Positions 1 to 10,785 of a stretch of 33,067 nt of DNA are shown in pieces. Source of the DNA: Octopus sinensis. Taxonomy: Eukaryota. The position numbers and the translations under genes are program-made. Under the pieces are notes generated by a model, which did no database searches, was not told the origin of the DNA, and saw only the letters and a list, made by a program, of their open reading frames with translations. The stretch spans positions 1-33,067 of the forward strand of contig NW_021832083.1 in the NCBI RefSeq assembly GCF_006345805.1. The letters are read 5' to 3'. Every line of letters starts with the position of its first letter. Within the stretch, counting starts at the first letter, position 1.

Positions 1-468
1 AAGAACATTAACTACTCCAATGTTTAGAAGAAATCTACGTAAAGTAGAAGTAAGAAAGAGAAGAAGAATGAGGTAGATTAATCCGTGTTTATTCTACAAC
101 GGCGCAAGTTTTGGTAAGCAAACATGAGAATAGAAATTGCTTGATTTGGTTACTTTGTATATATTTGGCGTAGAAAATTAAAGCTGAGTAAATTATTGCC
201 AGCGAGATAAGAAAGAAAGAAATTCTTGTCTTCTTATATTTTTGTCTTGATCAGATAAAAGTGAAGATTTCTAAATGACATGTGAAAATCCTCTGAGTTC
301 CTGTAAACGAGCACCGAAAAAACAAACTTTTGTTTCCTCGTTGATAAGAATTATCAATAAATGAAGAAATATTACCGAAGTGGAATAAAATACAGAAACC
401 AATAAAGCAAAATCAGGTATTCTTGTACAGTAGCTAGTTGGTTTAGCTGTGGTTACAGTATTGTAATT

Positions 469-832
469 GGTGGAGGTGCAATGGCCCAGTGGTTAGGGCA
501 GCGGACTCGCGGTCATAGGATCGCGGTTTCGATTCCCAGACCGGGCGTTGTGAGTGTTTATTGAGCGAAAACACCTAAAAGCTCCACGGGGCTCCGGCAG
601 GGGGTGGTGGTGATCCCTGCTGTACTCTTCCACCACAACTTTCTCTCACTCTTACTTCCTGTTTCTGTTGTACCTGTATTTCAAAGGGCCGGCCTTGTCA
701 CTCTCTGTGTCAAGCTGAATATCCCCGAGAACTACGTTAAGGGTGCACGTGTCTGTGGAGTGCTCAGCCACTTACACGTTAATTTCACGAGCAGGCTGTT
801 CCGTTGATTCGGATCAACCGGAAACCTCATCC
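469..832 (+). mobile_element. tRNA-derived SINE, family C (tail type 1), full length
   Basis: A-box-like TGGCCCAGTGG and B-box-like GGTTTCGATTCC in the head; 9-bp TSD ATTGTAATT at 460-468 and 833-841; near-identical copy on the minus strand at 9694-10025. Confidence 0.85.
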
Positions 833-985
833 ATTGTAATTATTTAGCCCTTGGTCAATCCTGACCGAACTAACCTGAGGCCTAAGACGTTCTAGTCATG
901 GTCGTGACCATCTCGTCTTTTTTTTATATTGATTTATTTATCTATTTATTTATTTATTTTTAGTAAATAATCTTAAAGTCTGACT

Positions 986-1126
986 GAAGGCGTGTAGTCT
1001 AGTGGTTAGAGCGTTGGATTCAAGATCATAAATTCGTGGGCTCGATTCAAGGACTAGGCGACGCATTGCGTCCTTAAGCAAGGCATTTCATTTTACGTTG
1101 TTGCAGTCTACTTAGCTGAAAATTAA
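986..1126 (+). mobile_element. Old tRNA-derived CORE-like SINE remnant
   Basis: tRNA-like head (TAGTCTAGTGGTTAGAGCG...GGCTCGATTC) followed by GCGTCCTTAAGCAAGGCATTTCATTTTACGTTG, which resembles the CORE-SINE domain; interrupted by the family B insertion. Confidence 0.55.
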
Positions 1127-1541
1127 CACCTATTTCATTATTACCTACAAGGGGCTAAACATAGAGGGGACAGACTAGGACAGACATAGGTATTAAGTCG
1201 ATTATATCGACCCAGTGCATAACTGGTACTTAATTTATCGACCCCGAAAGAATGAAAGATAAAGTCGACCTCGGCGGAATTTGAACCCAGAACATAACGG
1301 CAGACGAAATACCTATTTCTTTATTACCCACAAGGGGCTAAACACAGAGGGGACAAACTAGGACAGACAAACGGATTAAGTCGATTATATCGACCCCAGT
1401 GCGTAACTGGTACTTATTTAATCGACCCCGAAAGGATGAAAGGCAAAGTCGACCTCGGCGGAATTTGAACTCACAACGTAACGCAGACGAAATACCGCTA
1501 TGCATTTCGCCCGGCGTGCTAACGTTTCTGCCAGCTCGCCA
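1127..1541 (-). mobile_element. SINE family B (Nin-domain-like), head plus two tandem bodies
   Basis: Head GGCGAGCTGGCAGAAACG, B-box GAGTTCAAATTCC and body GAGGTCGACTTTGCCTTTCATCCTTTCGGGGTCGAT (Nin-like, from memory); 183-bp body repeated at 1129-1311 and 1312-1494; 11-bp TSD CTGAAAATTAA at 1116-1126 and 1542-1552. Confidence 0.85.
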
Positions 1542-1652
1542 CTGAAAATTAATTACCAGCCGTTCAGCTATTATCTTTGATGTTGTGTTAGGTCAAGTGT
1601 GGGAGGGACGGGAAGGTTTCTATGTCTAGCTGTGACTACATAGAAATAATTA

Positions 1653-2038
1653 GTGGCTGTGTGGTAAGTAGCTTGCTAACCAACCACATGATTCCGGGTT
1701 CAGTCCCACTGCGTGGCATCTTGGGCAAGTGTCTTCTGCTATAGCCCCGGGCCGACCAATGCCTTGTGAGTGGATTTGGTAGACGGAAACTGAAAGAAGC
1801 CTGTCGTATATATGTATATATTTATATATGTGTGTGTGTTTGTGTGTCTGTGTTTGTCCTAGCATTGCTTGACAACCGATGCTGGTGTGTTTACGTCCCC
1901 GTAACTTAGCGGTTCGGCAAAAAGAGACCGATAGCATAAGTACTGGGCTTACAAAGAATAAGTCCCGGGGTCGATTTGCTCGACTAAAGGCGGTGCTCCA
2001 GCATGGCCGCAGTCAAATGACTGAAACAAGTAAAAGAA
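1653..2038 (+). mobile_element. SINE family A (tRNA head, CORE-like segment, internal TA/TG microsatellite, 3' module)
   Basis: Head GTGGCTGTGTGGTAAG...GGGTTCAGTCCC, then CTTGGGCAAGTGTCTT, an internal microsatellite, and tail GGCGGTGCTCCAGCATGGCCGCAGTCAAATGACTGAAACAAGTAAAAGA; more than 10 homologous copies in the window. Confidence 0.9.
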
Positions 2039-2329
2039 AAAAAAAAGAAAAAAATATGCTACCGAGTCATCCTTGCTTGCGAGTAACAGTTATTTACTTT
2101 ATTAAATGATGCTCCACCGTTTGCCCTCACATTTCTTTGAAATCGATATCCAGCATTGGATCAAGCTAACGAATATTGTGGACGAAATGTATATGGATTT
2201 CATCAACCTTTGTTTATGACTGATATTTAGTTTAACAAGCTAAGGTTGATGAACGAAATAGTCGGGTCTCAATTTGTGACCACCTTCAAACCTGTGACAG
2301 GTCAAGACGATTGGGGGTGGTGACAGATG

Positions 2330-2615
2330 CAGTAGATGACCAAGGTGTCTTACTTATCCCATCTTGCTCTCTGCACTCCGTAATGCGTTGGTGTCGCTGC
2401 CTCCTCCTACAACGGACCACGAAGGTCTCTTCTGCAGAGTCAACCAGTCTTCAAATACATCGGTAGCTAAGCCCTAATATGTTAATTAACCCAATGCTGG
2501 GACCCTGATAGGTGCTACTATTCAGGGAACTCAGAGTGTAACTGAGAACGACAGTGACCAAGAAGTGGTTCCACACTTCTCAAAACCCTGAAACTCCCGA
2601 ATCAGGGCACCCCTA
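2330..2615. repeat. Unclassified GC-richer interspersed repeat, possibly a LINE (RTE-like) 5' UTR fragment
   Basis: 2576-2608 matches the reverse complement of 27685-27717 at 28/33 nt; no coding motif found; family assignment is a guess. Confidence 0.3.
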
Positions 2616-2663
2616 TCAGATGCTGCGTGTGTGTGTGTACGCGCGCCACACACACACACATAC

Positions 2664-2699
<36 letters not shown>

Positions 2700-3089
2700 T
2701 ATATATATAATATATATATATATACATACATACATACATACATACATAATATATATATATATATACATTTTTTTTTTCTTCTTTTTACCTTTGTGAGTTA
2801 CAAAATATTGTTATCTGTGGAGTTATATCTGTAGTGAAAAGAATTAGCTTTCTTTGGTTGTTATTTCTAAATTTTCGGTATGTGGTGAAGCAACTTGTTG
2901 CTAAACCCTTGGCTGGGTGCTTTTACCCCATCCACCATATCCTCCTGATATTGTAGCATTATAATTATATATAAAAAAAAAACTTTTTGTAAAGGTTTCT
3001 ACCGATAATGGTTCTTTTTCCATACCGAAGCTACTTGGTAAAATTTATTAATTATTAAATTAATAATTCTTTACCCTATATCTGTAATA

Positions 3090-3126
<37 letters not shown>

Positions 3127-3127
<1 letters not shown>

Positions 3128-4408
3128 TAGGTTGTCCGGAAAGTTCTGACTGTTTTTTTTTAATATTCAAAATGGAATATAATTGACCTTTCAATAAATT
3201 TTATTCAATGAAATAATTTCCATTATTCAATGACCTTTGCCCATATTTCAGGGAAATTAAATATTCTCTCAGCATAAAACTTGACTGGTTGTAAAGAAAA
3301 AAAATTTATCTAGATACATTTTGACTCCATTTTATCGTTAAATGTTTTTCCTTGCAATTAGTACTGTAGAGACAAAAACAAGTGGTAGTCGGATGCTACA
3401 ATATCAGGAGGATATGGTGGATGGGGTAAAAGCACCCAGCCAAGTTCATGTAACATTGTTCGGGTAGCCAAAGACACATGTGGTTGGGCATCGTCTTGTT
3501 GGTGCACCACTCCTTTCGTATTGGTAATCTTCGGCCTAAATTCTTTGATTTTGGTTCAAATTAGACAGCTGACGTCAGTACACATCAGAATAAGTGCTCT
3601 GGTTTTGTGGAGAAGCTCATAATAAATAATGCTTTTATGATTCCACCAAACACGAAGCATAGATTTTTTTTTGGCATGGATATTCATCCTAGGTTGCTGT
3701 TTGGAGGTATCCTTACGCAAACTCCAAGATTTTTTCGCAATACGTTTCCGTACACTATCCATTTTTCATCTCCAGTCACAAATTGTTTAAAAAAAGGCAT
3801 ACTTCCATTCCGTTTCAAAAGTATATCACAAACGGAATACTGGTCCAAGCAATTCTTTTCTGAGAGTTTGTGGGCGGCCCATACATTATAGCAAGAAATT
3901 TATCCTAGCTTCACTAGGTGTTCATGAGCCGTACTTGTAGAAAGTTCCAACTCCTCTGCAAGTTCTCTAGTCATGATATTTGAGCTTTCCTCGATATTTG
4001 CCTTCAAACATCTTCATTCAATATTGAAGGTCTTCCACTGCGACTGTCGTCTTCGACGCTAAACTCCCCAGCTTTAAAATTTGCAAACCACCTTCGAACA
4101 GTTGGTTCACCTACAGCATCATGACCGAAAACTTCACAAATGTTTTTTGCAAGTCTTTGCGGTATTTTCTCCATCGTTAAAAAAGAAAAGCATTACAACG
4201 CGAATATGAAATTTTTGGTTATCCATTTCAAATGTCAATAGTGGGTAACCGGAATGAACGATAAATCTATTTTTAGTCAGGAACAAAGAAGAGATGTACT
4301 ACCACTTCAAGTAACGCGAAAATTTCAACTGTGTTACATCTCAGTTGTGTTCAATGAAGAGTTAAAAGATTTAGCTTTAAGACGCTCAGAACTTTCCGGA
4401 CAACCCAA
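3127..4408 (-). mobile_element. Tc1/mariner DNA transposon (mariner type), full length, decayed
   Basis: TIRs TTAGGTTGTCCGGAAAGTTCTGA (3127) and TCAGAACTTTCCGGACAACCCAA (to 4408) with 1 mismatch; TA on both flanks; length 1282 bp, typical of mariner. Confidence 0.95.
3200..4226 (-). pseudogene. Mariner transposase pseudogene (stops and frameshifts)
   Basis: Start MDNQKFHIRVVMLFF at 4226; WAAHKL (WVPHEL-like, ~3864-3887); IVTGDEKWIVYGN (~3745-3782); KKSMLRVWW...IIYYELL; QQDDAQPH (HDNARPH-like); HPPYPPDIVASDYHLF (YSPDLAPSDY-like, ~3380-3430). 3' end approximate. Confidence 0.9.
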
Positions 4409-4439
4409 TATATATATATATATATATATATGTACACTT

Positions 4440-4668
4440 GGCGGCGAGCTGGTAGAAACGTTAGCACGCCGGGCGAAATTCGTAGCAGTATTTCGTCTGT
4501 CGTTACGTTCCGAGTTCAAATTCCGCCGAGGTCGACTTTGCCTTTCATCCTTTCGGGGTCGATAAATTAAGTACCAGTTACGCACTGGGGTCGATGTAAT
4601 CGGCTTAATCCCTTTGCCTGTCCTTGTTTGTCCCCTCTATGTTTAGCCCGTTGTGGGTAGTAAAGAAA
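4440..4668 (+). mobile_element. SINE family B (Nin-like), monomer
   Basis: Same head and body as 1127-1541; 19-bp TSD TATATATATATGTACACTT at 4421-4439 and 4669-4687. Confidence 0.9.
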
Positions 4669-4908
4669 TATATATATATGTACACTTACACAAACACACA
4701 CACACACACACACACACAACACACTCACACATATATTTCAAGGATTTAATAAAAACATAACAAATGGAAAATCTAACAAAACATATTCCTCATCAGTCAA
4801 CGTCCAAGAGATCATAATAGTTTCGCGCCAGTATCGTTGAGAATATCCCTTCTTCGAGACGCCAATTGCAGAAAGCCACTGGGATAAACGAACGGACAGG
4901 GAAATGAC

Positions 4909-4945
<37 letters not shown>

Positions 4946-5132
4946 TGAAAGAGAAAACACAAATAACAGAAGTGATGTGAGAGAGTAGATTCAGTAAATA
5001 TGAATTTTATATGTATATTTTACAATATACATCCACAAGCGCACACACATATGCATGTGTATGTATTGTACACACACATACATATATCTATATATATATA
5101 TATATATATATAATATATGCATATATATATAT

Positions 5133-5187
<55 letters not shown>

Positions 5188-5192
<5 letters not shown>

Positions 5193-5390
5193 TCCATCCA
5201 AACAGAAAACACAGAAAAAAACACACCAACGCGAGGACGTGGAACAATTAAAGTATTATTGACGCTCAGGAAGAAGGGAAGGAGGGTTTAACGTTTCGAG
5301 CGGGGCTCTTCGTCGGAAACAACGGAGAAGGAAAGATCCCGAGAAGGGAAGACAGAGGAAAAATTTTTTTTGCTGGTGGTGCTCAGAGAT

Positions 5391-5393
<3 letters not shown>
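5188..5393 (-). mobile_element. Short PLE-terminus-like element carrying a hammerhead motif (copy 1)
   Basis: Homologous end to end with 6927-7130 (+); both begin GTGA(T/C)CTC after TA and end TGTTTGGAT...AACT; contains hammerhead H1. Confidence 0.7.
5286..5320 (-). ncRNA. Minimal type-I hammerhead ribozyme motif H1
   Basis: Minus strand GTTT-CCGACGA-A-GAGC-CCC-GCTC-GAAA-CG-TT-AAAC: stem I GTTT/AAAC, stem II GAGC/GCTC, palindromic AACGTT stem III, GUU cleavage triplet; core U4 to C. Confidence 0.7.
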
Positions 5394-5479
<86 letters not shown>

Positions 5480-5586
5480 TCAGGGTGAATACTTGATAAG
5501 TGTAAGCACCTGTATATGCCAGCTAGTAGCAGAGGTGAGAGGGTATATGCATCAAATGAAATAAAAAACAGAACACAAAGGATGTC

Positions 5587-5678
5587 GCGGTACACGTGTT
5601 TCAAGCTTTATACAACAACCTATTCTTACATCAATGTGTAATCGACATAACAGATGGTTTAAAGCTCCCTTCAGCCGC
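5587..5678 (-). ncRNA. Type-I hammerhead ribozyme motif H2 with extended stem II
   Basis: Minus strand GCGG-CTGAAGG-GAGCTTTA-(~50 nt)-TAAAGCTT-GAAA-CACGTG-TA-CCGC: stem I GCGG/CCGC, 8-bp stem II, ACACGTGT palindrome, GUA triplet; A9 to G deviation. Confidence 0.6.
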
Positions 5679-5810
5679 ATGCAGTTGCTATACCAAAGAA
5701 TTACATCACATTATGAAATTATGAAAAATCCGAAAATGTACATTTGGTATTATCTATAATGGTGGGTATATTGAGTTTCACTGAGAAAGTATGTTTGTAA
5801 ATCTTCGAGG

Positions 5811-5990
5811 GGGTGGTGGTGACCCCTGTTGTACTCTTTCGCCCCAACTTTCTCTCACTCTTTCTTCCTGTTTCTTGAGTAACGCTGCGATGGACTGGCA
5901 TCCCGTCCAGCTGGAAAGGTACACATATGTCATAGAAACCGGGAAACTGGGCCCATGAGCCTGGCTAGGCTTGAAAAGGGCGCATAACTA
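5811..5990 (+). mobile_element. SINE family C, 5'-truncated, tail type 2
   Basis: Shares GGTGGTGGTGA.CCCTG.TGTACTCTT...CAACTTTCTCTCACTCTT with 469-832, then switches to CTGCGATGGACTGGCATCCCGTCCAG...GAAACCGGGAAAC as in 22322-22622. Confidence 0.7.
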
Positions 5991-6926
5991 AAACTTATAT
6001 ATATAAGTAGTTCCATGTCGAGTTTTCTTCGTGATAAAGTCGCATTCGAGAGAGCGAGGTTTACGTTTACATTTAAAATGATACCAAAAGCAAATTATAT
6101 TTTATTTCAGTTCCAACTTCAGCAGCAATATCTTTAAGCTTCTTCTTGTTCAGAACTTTTACCGGTCCAGTTAATTAAAGACATTTATCACTCCTGCGCC
6201 CGCACTTTTCTTGATAGTCTATTCATTTAGTCTATTCTTTTTACAGACAACGCTTTTCAAAGACGTGAAGAAATTATTGCCATCGTATCGTTTATTTATT
6301 TTAACTTTTAATTGTTGGTATTGATTAATTTTTACTATTTAGTACGAAAATAAACATAGAAAACAATTCTTGGTCTAAGAATAAATCTATTTTGTGAATG
6401 TCAGCTAAAACGGACTATTAATGAACTTAAATTGGCATATTTATTCTTTAAATCTAAGAATAACTCTATTCTAAAACAGTAATAGTATTTTCATTAAATT
6501 TGAATAGAAAATTATACCTTTTGCACCTAAAGTTGGACATAAAAGCCAGTATCTAAACGGTGATTTTTTTTTTCACTAAAATAATATACTTTCAAAACTT
6601 TGGAGACTTGGAAAATGTTTAGCTTGTGCAATGCTATTCCAAAAAAAAAACGCTATAAAAACATCTAAGTGGAACTGAAACTAGTATTGCATCGGAAACG
6701 CTCAAAATCTGGAACTGTCCTTACTTCTTGCACCTTTTAAGTTTATTTACTGTTTTCAATGTCACATACCTTTTGCTTAAGAAATTTGTTTCCCAACCAC
6801 ATGGTTCCGGGTTCAGTCCCACTGCATGGCACCTTGGGCAAGTGTCTTCTACTATACCCTCGGGCTACCCAAAGCCTTGTAAGTGGATTTAGTAGACGGA
6901 AACTGAAAGAATCCCGTCGTATATAT

Positions 6927-7130
6927 GTGACCTCGTGTGTACCGTTGGCGATTTTTTTCCCTCTGTCTTCCCTTCTCTGGATCTTTCCTTCTCCTATGTT
7001 TCCGACGAAGAGCTCCGCTCGAAACGTTAAACCCTCCTTCTTTCCTGAGCGTCCAATAATACTATATTTGTTCCACGTCCTCGCGTTGTTGTGTTTTTTT
7101 TGTGCTTTCTTGTTTGGATTAACTTTATGC
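6927..7130 (+). mobile_element. Short PLE-terminus-like element carrying a hammerhead motif (copy 2)
   Basis: Homologous to the reverse complement of 5188-5393; inserted at the TATATAT of a SINE; contains hammerhead H3. Confidence 0.7.
6998..7032 (+). ncRNA. Minimal type-I hammerhead ribozyme motif H3
   Basis: GTTT-CCGACGA-A-GAGC-TCC-GCTC-GAAA-CG-TT-AAAC; identical to H1 except one loop-II base. Confidence 0.7.
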
Positions 7131-7483
7131 ATTATATATCTATGTGTGTGTGTCTTTGTCTGTGTTTTCCCCCCATCCCCGCTTGGCAACTGGTGTTGAT
7201 GTATTTACGTCCCCGTAACTTACCGCTTGGGTAAAAGTGACCGATAGAATAAGCATCAAGCTTAAAAAATAAGTCCTGGGGCCGATTCATCCAACTAAAA
7301 TTTCGAAGGCGGTGCCCCAGCATGGCCACAGTCTAATGACTGACACAGGTAAAACATAAAAGATACTAAACAAATTTTCACGCAATTTTCAGTATTAGAT
7401 TCGACTCATTATGATCTTTTAAAAAGCTTAAACATACTAATTTTTTCTAAAATAACAGAGATATGTTGACTTAATCTCATTCA

Positions 7484-7664
7484 TAGGCGCAGGAGTGGCT
7501 GTGTGGTAAGTAACTTGCTTACGAACCACATGATTCCGGGTTCAGTCCCACTGCGTGACACCTTGGGAAAGTGTCTTCTACTATAGCCTCGGGCCGACCA
7601 AAGCCTTGTGAGTGGATTTGGTAGACGGAAACTGAAAGAAGCCAGACGTATATATGTATATATA

Positions 7665-7722
<58 letters not shown>

Positions 7723-7950
7723 GTGTGTGTGTATGTGGTGTGTGTATGTGTTTGTGTCTGTGTTGTCTCCCCAACATCGATTGACAATCGATGCTGGTTT
7801 GTTTACGTCCCCGTAACTTAGTGGTTCGGCAAAAGAGACCAATAGAATAAGTACTAGGCTTACAAAGAATAAGTCCTGGGGTCGATTTGCTTGACTAAAG
7901 GTGGTGCTCCAGCATGGCCACAGTCAAATGACTGAAACAAGTAAAAAGAG
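7484..7950 (+). mobile_element. SINE family A
   Basis: Full head-to-tail match to 1653-2038 with an expanded internal (TA)n. Confidence 0.9.
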
Positions 7951-8364
7951 AATATTTGACTATCTTTCGCACCAGATTTTACTTAGATAATAGAAGCAGA
8001 TTGTTTCACTGAGAACTTTCCAATAAGCTCATCTGTACTAAATGTTTTCTACAAATAACAGATATTATGATTTATTGACCAATTTGATCACATTTTACCT
8101 CATAAGTTTGTCTGTACAACACCGATTTTGAGATTTATAGAATTCGATTATTCTCATCGGTATCTTTTATTTAAGTTTAACTAAAGCAACAAATGATAAA
8201 GAAATAAGGAAATTGCTGTTCGGTGGTTGTATCTGTTCGTTAATCCACCTTTTTGAATTTCTATTACATTTCAAAATGTAGCGAAGCACTGGTCCTTTTC
8301 AATGAACTTAACCGTATTTGATTTGGTCAAGAACTGAATTGCCAAAACGCGGATTGTAAGACTC

Positions 8365-8763
8365 TCTTTTTACTCTTTTCTTTTACTTGTTTCAGTCATT
8401 TGACTGCGGCCATGCTGGAGCACCGCCTTTAGTCGAGCAAATCGACCCCAGGACTTATTCTTTGTAAGCCCAGTACTTATTCTATCGGTCTCTTTTGCCG
8501 AACCGCTAAGTTACGGGGACGTAAACACACCAGAATCGGTTGTCAAACAATGCTAGGGGGAAAAACACAGACACACAAACATATACACACACACTTATAT
8601 ATATATATACATATATACGACAGGCTTCTTTCAGTTTCCGTCTACCAAATCCACTCACAAGGCATTGGTCGGCCCGGGGCTATAGCAGAAGACACTTGCC
8701 CAAGATGCCACGCAGTGGGACTGAACCCGGAACCATGTGGTTGGTTAGCAAGCTACTTACCAA
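8365..8763 (-). mobile_element. SINE family A
   Basis: Reverse-complement match to 1653-2038. Confidence 0.9.
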
Positions 8764-8954
8764 ACATTAGTTGATTGGATGGTAAAAGACAATTATTGAT
8801 AAGTTTTTAATGAGAATGGAACCAACAAAACTAGTCGGTCCCATTCTCATTTCTATAAGTAGATTTATGTTTCTTAACCTTGATAGATTGGATAATAAGA
8901 ATAAGGTATCGTTGAAAAATTTTAATGAGACGAAACTAGTCAGAAATTACCTTC

Positions 8955-9116
8955 GCGCAGGAGTGGCTGTGTGGTAAGTAGCTTGCTTACCAACCACATG
9001 GTTCCGGGTTCAGTCCCACTGCGTGGCATCTTGGGCAAGTGTCTCCTGCTATAGCCCCGGGCCGACCAATGCCTTGTGAGTGGATTTGGTAGACGGAAAC
9101 TGAAAGAAGCCTGTCG

Positions 9117-9147
<31 letters not shown>

Positions 9148-9355
9148 TTGTGTGTCTGTGTTTGTCCCCCTAGCATTGCTTGACAACCGATGCTGGTGTG
9201 TTTACGTCCCCGTCACTTAGCGGTTCGGCAAAAGAGACCGATAGAATAAGTACTGGGCTTACAAAGAATAAGTCCCGGGGTCGATTGCTCGACTAAAGGC
9301 GGTGCTCCAGCATGGCCGCAGTCAAATGACTGAAACAAGTAAAAGAAAGAAAGAG
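8955..9355 (+). mobile_element. SINE family A
   Basis: Near-identical to 1653-2038. Confidence 0.9.
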
Positions 9356-9579
9356 ATACACAAATAATATATACTCACTCAAATATATAAATACATTTTA
9401 CACAAATACACACACACACACACACACAAACATTCACATTTCTCCCTTTTACACGCACACAAATATACACACACAGCGTTGAAACGCTGCTTGATTTTTG
9501 TTTCACCTTTGACTTTTCACCGGCCCACCTCCATCGGTGGATCATCCTTTCCTTTCTCATTCATATGCTGTGACAGAGA

Positions 9580-9690
9580 AATACACAAGAATATTATAAT
9601 AGTAGATTATTATAGTAGAAGATTCCAACCTTTCTCAAATAGAACAGTCAAGAGTGCTGTTTGCATTTTAATGAATAACATTTTGTGACC
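9580..9690 (+). pseudogene. Possible LTR-retrotransposon integrase fragment
   Basis: Reads KNIIIVDYYSRRFQPFSNRTVKSAVCILMNNIL, resembling the Ty3/Gypsy integrase YLxIVDYYSR...VIxxLKxIF segment; only one short motif supports it. Confidence 0.3.
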
Positions 9691-9693
9691 TTC

Positions 9694-10025
9694 TTTTTAA
9701 GAAGCACTCCGTCGGTTTCGACGACGAGGGTTCCGGTTGATCCGATCAACGGAACAGCCTGCTCGTGAAATTAACGTGTAAGTGGCTGAGCACTCCACAG
9801 ACACGTGTACCCTTAACGTAGTTCTCGGGGATATTCAGCGTGACACAGAGAGTGACAAGGCCGGCCCTTTGAAATACAGGTACAACAGAAACAGGAAGTA
9901 AGAGTGAGAGAAAGTTGTGGTGAAAGAGTACAGCAGGGATCACCACCACCCCCTGCCGGAGCCTCGTGGAGCTTTAGGTGTTTTCGCTCAATAAACACTC
10001 ACAACGCCCGGTCTGGGAATCGAAA
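9694..10025 (-). mobile_element. SINE family C (tail type 1), 5'-truncated within the tRNA head
   Basis: Reverse complement of 469-832; 11-bp TSD TTGTGACCTTC at 9683-9693 and 10026-10036. Confidence 0.9.
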
Positions 10026-10274
10026 TTGTGACCTTCACCCATTTAAGAAGGAGAGATGAGTAAATCCTCCTGATTTATTTAATAACCATGATACTTTATC
10101 CATCCGATCCTTATCACAAACTTCGGAGAAAACCCTCGTTCTCTTTTCACAACAAGATTAGATAAATAGGGATATATACATTGGTTTTAGATTGGTTTTA
10201 CATGAAGACTATTCCAGAGGGTGTACGAACTGTGATGATAGAGTAATAACGGAATTTGTGAGGGAAACCAAAAA

Positions 10275-10785
10275 TCTATATATATAAAACTGTAGTTGTG
10301 TGAGTGTCTGTCCCCTTCGATTTAGATTCCTAACTCCTCCCACATTTTGCGGTCCAGTTTAACCAAATTCGGGTATCTTATAGTCGTGATTAATATCAAG
10401 CCCGTCTGGCTATTAGCGCGCGTCTACGATGAGTCTACGATTTTTAAAATAATTTAACATCATTTTTTATTCCATTTTAATGCATAATTTTTCGTGTGTC
10501 GATGGCGGCGGAGTTGGCGTCCACGCTCAAACACCTGCACCTGTGTTTGCTTCTCCCCCTTCTTCCCTCCCTCGTGAAGCTGTGGGGAAGGGAGTGTAAG
10601 GAAGTCAACGTCGTAATGCGTTGTCAAGGAGACCAACGTTCTTTTAGAACAACGACTTCATGGCTTGAAGACACCAAAACAGAAATGGCTAAGAAAGCCC
10701 GAATTGGCATCTATAAAGGAAGTAACTCTCTAAAAATGCTTATATAGTTATTTCCCTTACAAACCCGAGCAACGCCGGGCAATAC
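10275..10785 (+). mobile_element. Probable non-autonomous Helitron
   Basis: Begins A|TCTATATATATAAAA; subterminal GC hairpin CCCGAGC-AAC-GCCGGG at 10764-10779; the terminal CTAG expected a few nt later is absent; no TSD. Confidence 0.55.

Larger units (their letters stand above)
5086..5476. repeat. Two long (TA)n tracts (5086-5187, 5394-5476) flanking a 206-bp insert
   Basis: Read directly from the sequence. Confidence 0.95.
6770..7362 (+). mobile_element. SINE family A, older copy, interrupted in its internal TA tract
   Basis: Head and CORE-like half 6770-6926; 3' module ~7135-7362; insert 6927-7130 lies between them. Confidence 0.8.

Noticed and set aside
2199-2253. 12-bp inverted repeat TTCATCAACCTT/AAGGTTGATGAA as a pre-miRNA
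   Set aside because: Short stem with a poorly paired interior; no support without small-RNA data.
4785-4860. CTGATGAGG and GAAAC motifs on the minus strand
   Set aside because: Perfect 5' core, but no GAAA follows stem II and neither a type-I nor a type-II fold closes.
604-9949. Two near-identical 67-aa ORFs MVVIPAVLF... (604-807, 9746-9949)
   Set aside because: Both lie inside family C SINE copies with TSDs; the similarity is repeat-derived, not paralogous genes.
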